Shown piece by piece: positions 22,826-23,513 of a stretch of DNA of 23,513 bases (positions are counted from its first letter, which is position 1; every line of letters starts with the position of its first letter). The DNA comes from Myxococcota bacterium. Lineage in GTDB: Bacteria > Myxococcota_A > UBA9042 > PHBI01 > JAWLBL01. A program made the translations under genes and the position numbers. Where the stretch lies: contig JAWLBL010000050.1 in the NCBI GenBank assembly GCA_041687695.1, positions 1-23,513 of the forward strand, given 5' to 3'. The notes under the pieces were generated by a model. It did no database searches. It was given only the letters and a program-made list of their open reading frames with translations, and was not told where the DNA came from.

Positions 22826-23513
22826 TCAGCTCCCGGCGCAGCCGAGGACCTCGAAGGCGAGGTCGAGGTTGGTGTTGCTCATCCACCCGGGGGAAAAATC
22901 CATCTTCTCCCAGATGGAGCCGCCGGCGTAGGGGTCGGAGGGGTCGGTCGGGGTGGAGCTTCGCCGCCAGTAGACGCCGCCGCTCGTGGAGCCGGCTGGG
23001 ACGAGCTCGAGCGCATAGACGGTGCCTTCGGTGAGCGCGACGGGCGTCTCGAAGGTGAAGGTGACGTCCTCGAAGTTGTCGCCGCCGGAGCACGAGTCGG
23101 CGATGTCGGCGTTCGGGATGAGGTCGGAGGTGCCGAGAACGGTGTCGGTCGGAGCCCCGCTCCCGTCGGTGGCGAGGACACGCACCGTGACGTCGACGGC
23201 GCCGTTGGCCTTGCACGCGTACAGGGGCAGCACCACCGTGTCGACCGCGTATCCGCCGGTCGGGGTGAAGGTCTGCACCACGCGCGTCATGGACGATACG
23301 TGCACCGCCTCGGTGGCCATCGGCTGGTAGGCGTCCGAGGTTTCGGTACAAGCCGCCGTCGCCGTGCAGCCGAGGACCTCGAACGCGAGGTCGAGGTTGG
23401 TGTTGCTCATCCATCCGGGGGAAAAGTCCATCTTCTCCCAGATGGAGCCGCCGGCGTAGGGGTCGGAGGGGTCGGTCGGGGTGGAGCTTCGCCGCCAGTA
23501 GACGCCGCCGCTC
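22826..23513 (-). CDS. C-terminal part of a secreted/surface protein with tandem ~176-aa beta-sandwich repeats (5' end outside the window)
   Basis: The frame is open to the window edge. Motifs QTFTP..F.FETPVAL..GTVYALEL..YW..DPYAGG..W..DLAFEV. The repeat period is 528 bp. Confidence 0.8.
   Translation of the reverse strand, partial: SGGVYWRRSSTPTDPSDPYAGGSIWEKMDFSPGWMSNTNLDLAFEVLGCTATAACTETSDAYQPMATEAVHVSSMTRVVQTFTPTGGYAVDTVVLPLYACKANGAVDVTVRVLATDGSGAPTDTVLGTSDLIPNADIADSCSGGDNFEDVTFTFETPVALTEGTVYALELVPAGSTSGGVYWRRSSTPTDPSDPYAGGSIWEKMDFSPGWMSNTNLDLAFEVLGCAGS
23366..23513. repeat. Coding direct repeat of 22838-22985
   Basis: 145/148 identical; all three differences are synonymous. Confidence 0.93.

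Overview
High-GC bacterial window, probably Myxococcota-like (inferred from the many lipoproteins with Asp/Thr/Pro-rich linkers). The left part (1-7.5 kb) is regulatory/housekeeping: an FNR-like regulator coupled to heme A synthase, an orphan radical SAM enzyme, an ADP-ribosylglycohydrolase, a YciI/DGPF + ECF42-type sigma pair with its own promoter, and a GFA gene divergent from a WYL regulator. The middle (7.6-19.1 kb) holds six predicted lipoproteins and a MazF-type toxin-antitoxin pair. The right part (19.4-23.5 kb) is a run of co-oriented small accessory genes, one frameshifted, then a RibD_C/DHFR-like gene and a truncated tandem-repeat surface protein. The most unusual content is non-coding, and no transposase or integrase is present. 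It includes at least three REP-like palindrome families, a 173-bp MITE inserted into a REP loop with a TTCCA duplication, and a 160-bp TA-flanked hairpin whose mismatches are nearly all G:U on one strand. There is also a 96-bp copy of a gene's 3' end 3.77 kb downstream of the gene, and REP-like hairpins separate the accessory genes like cassette boundaries. All product calls come from motif recognition, not database searches.
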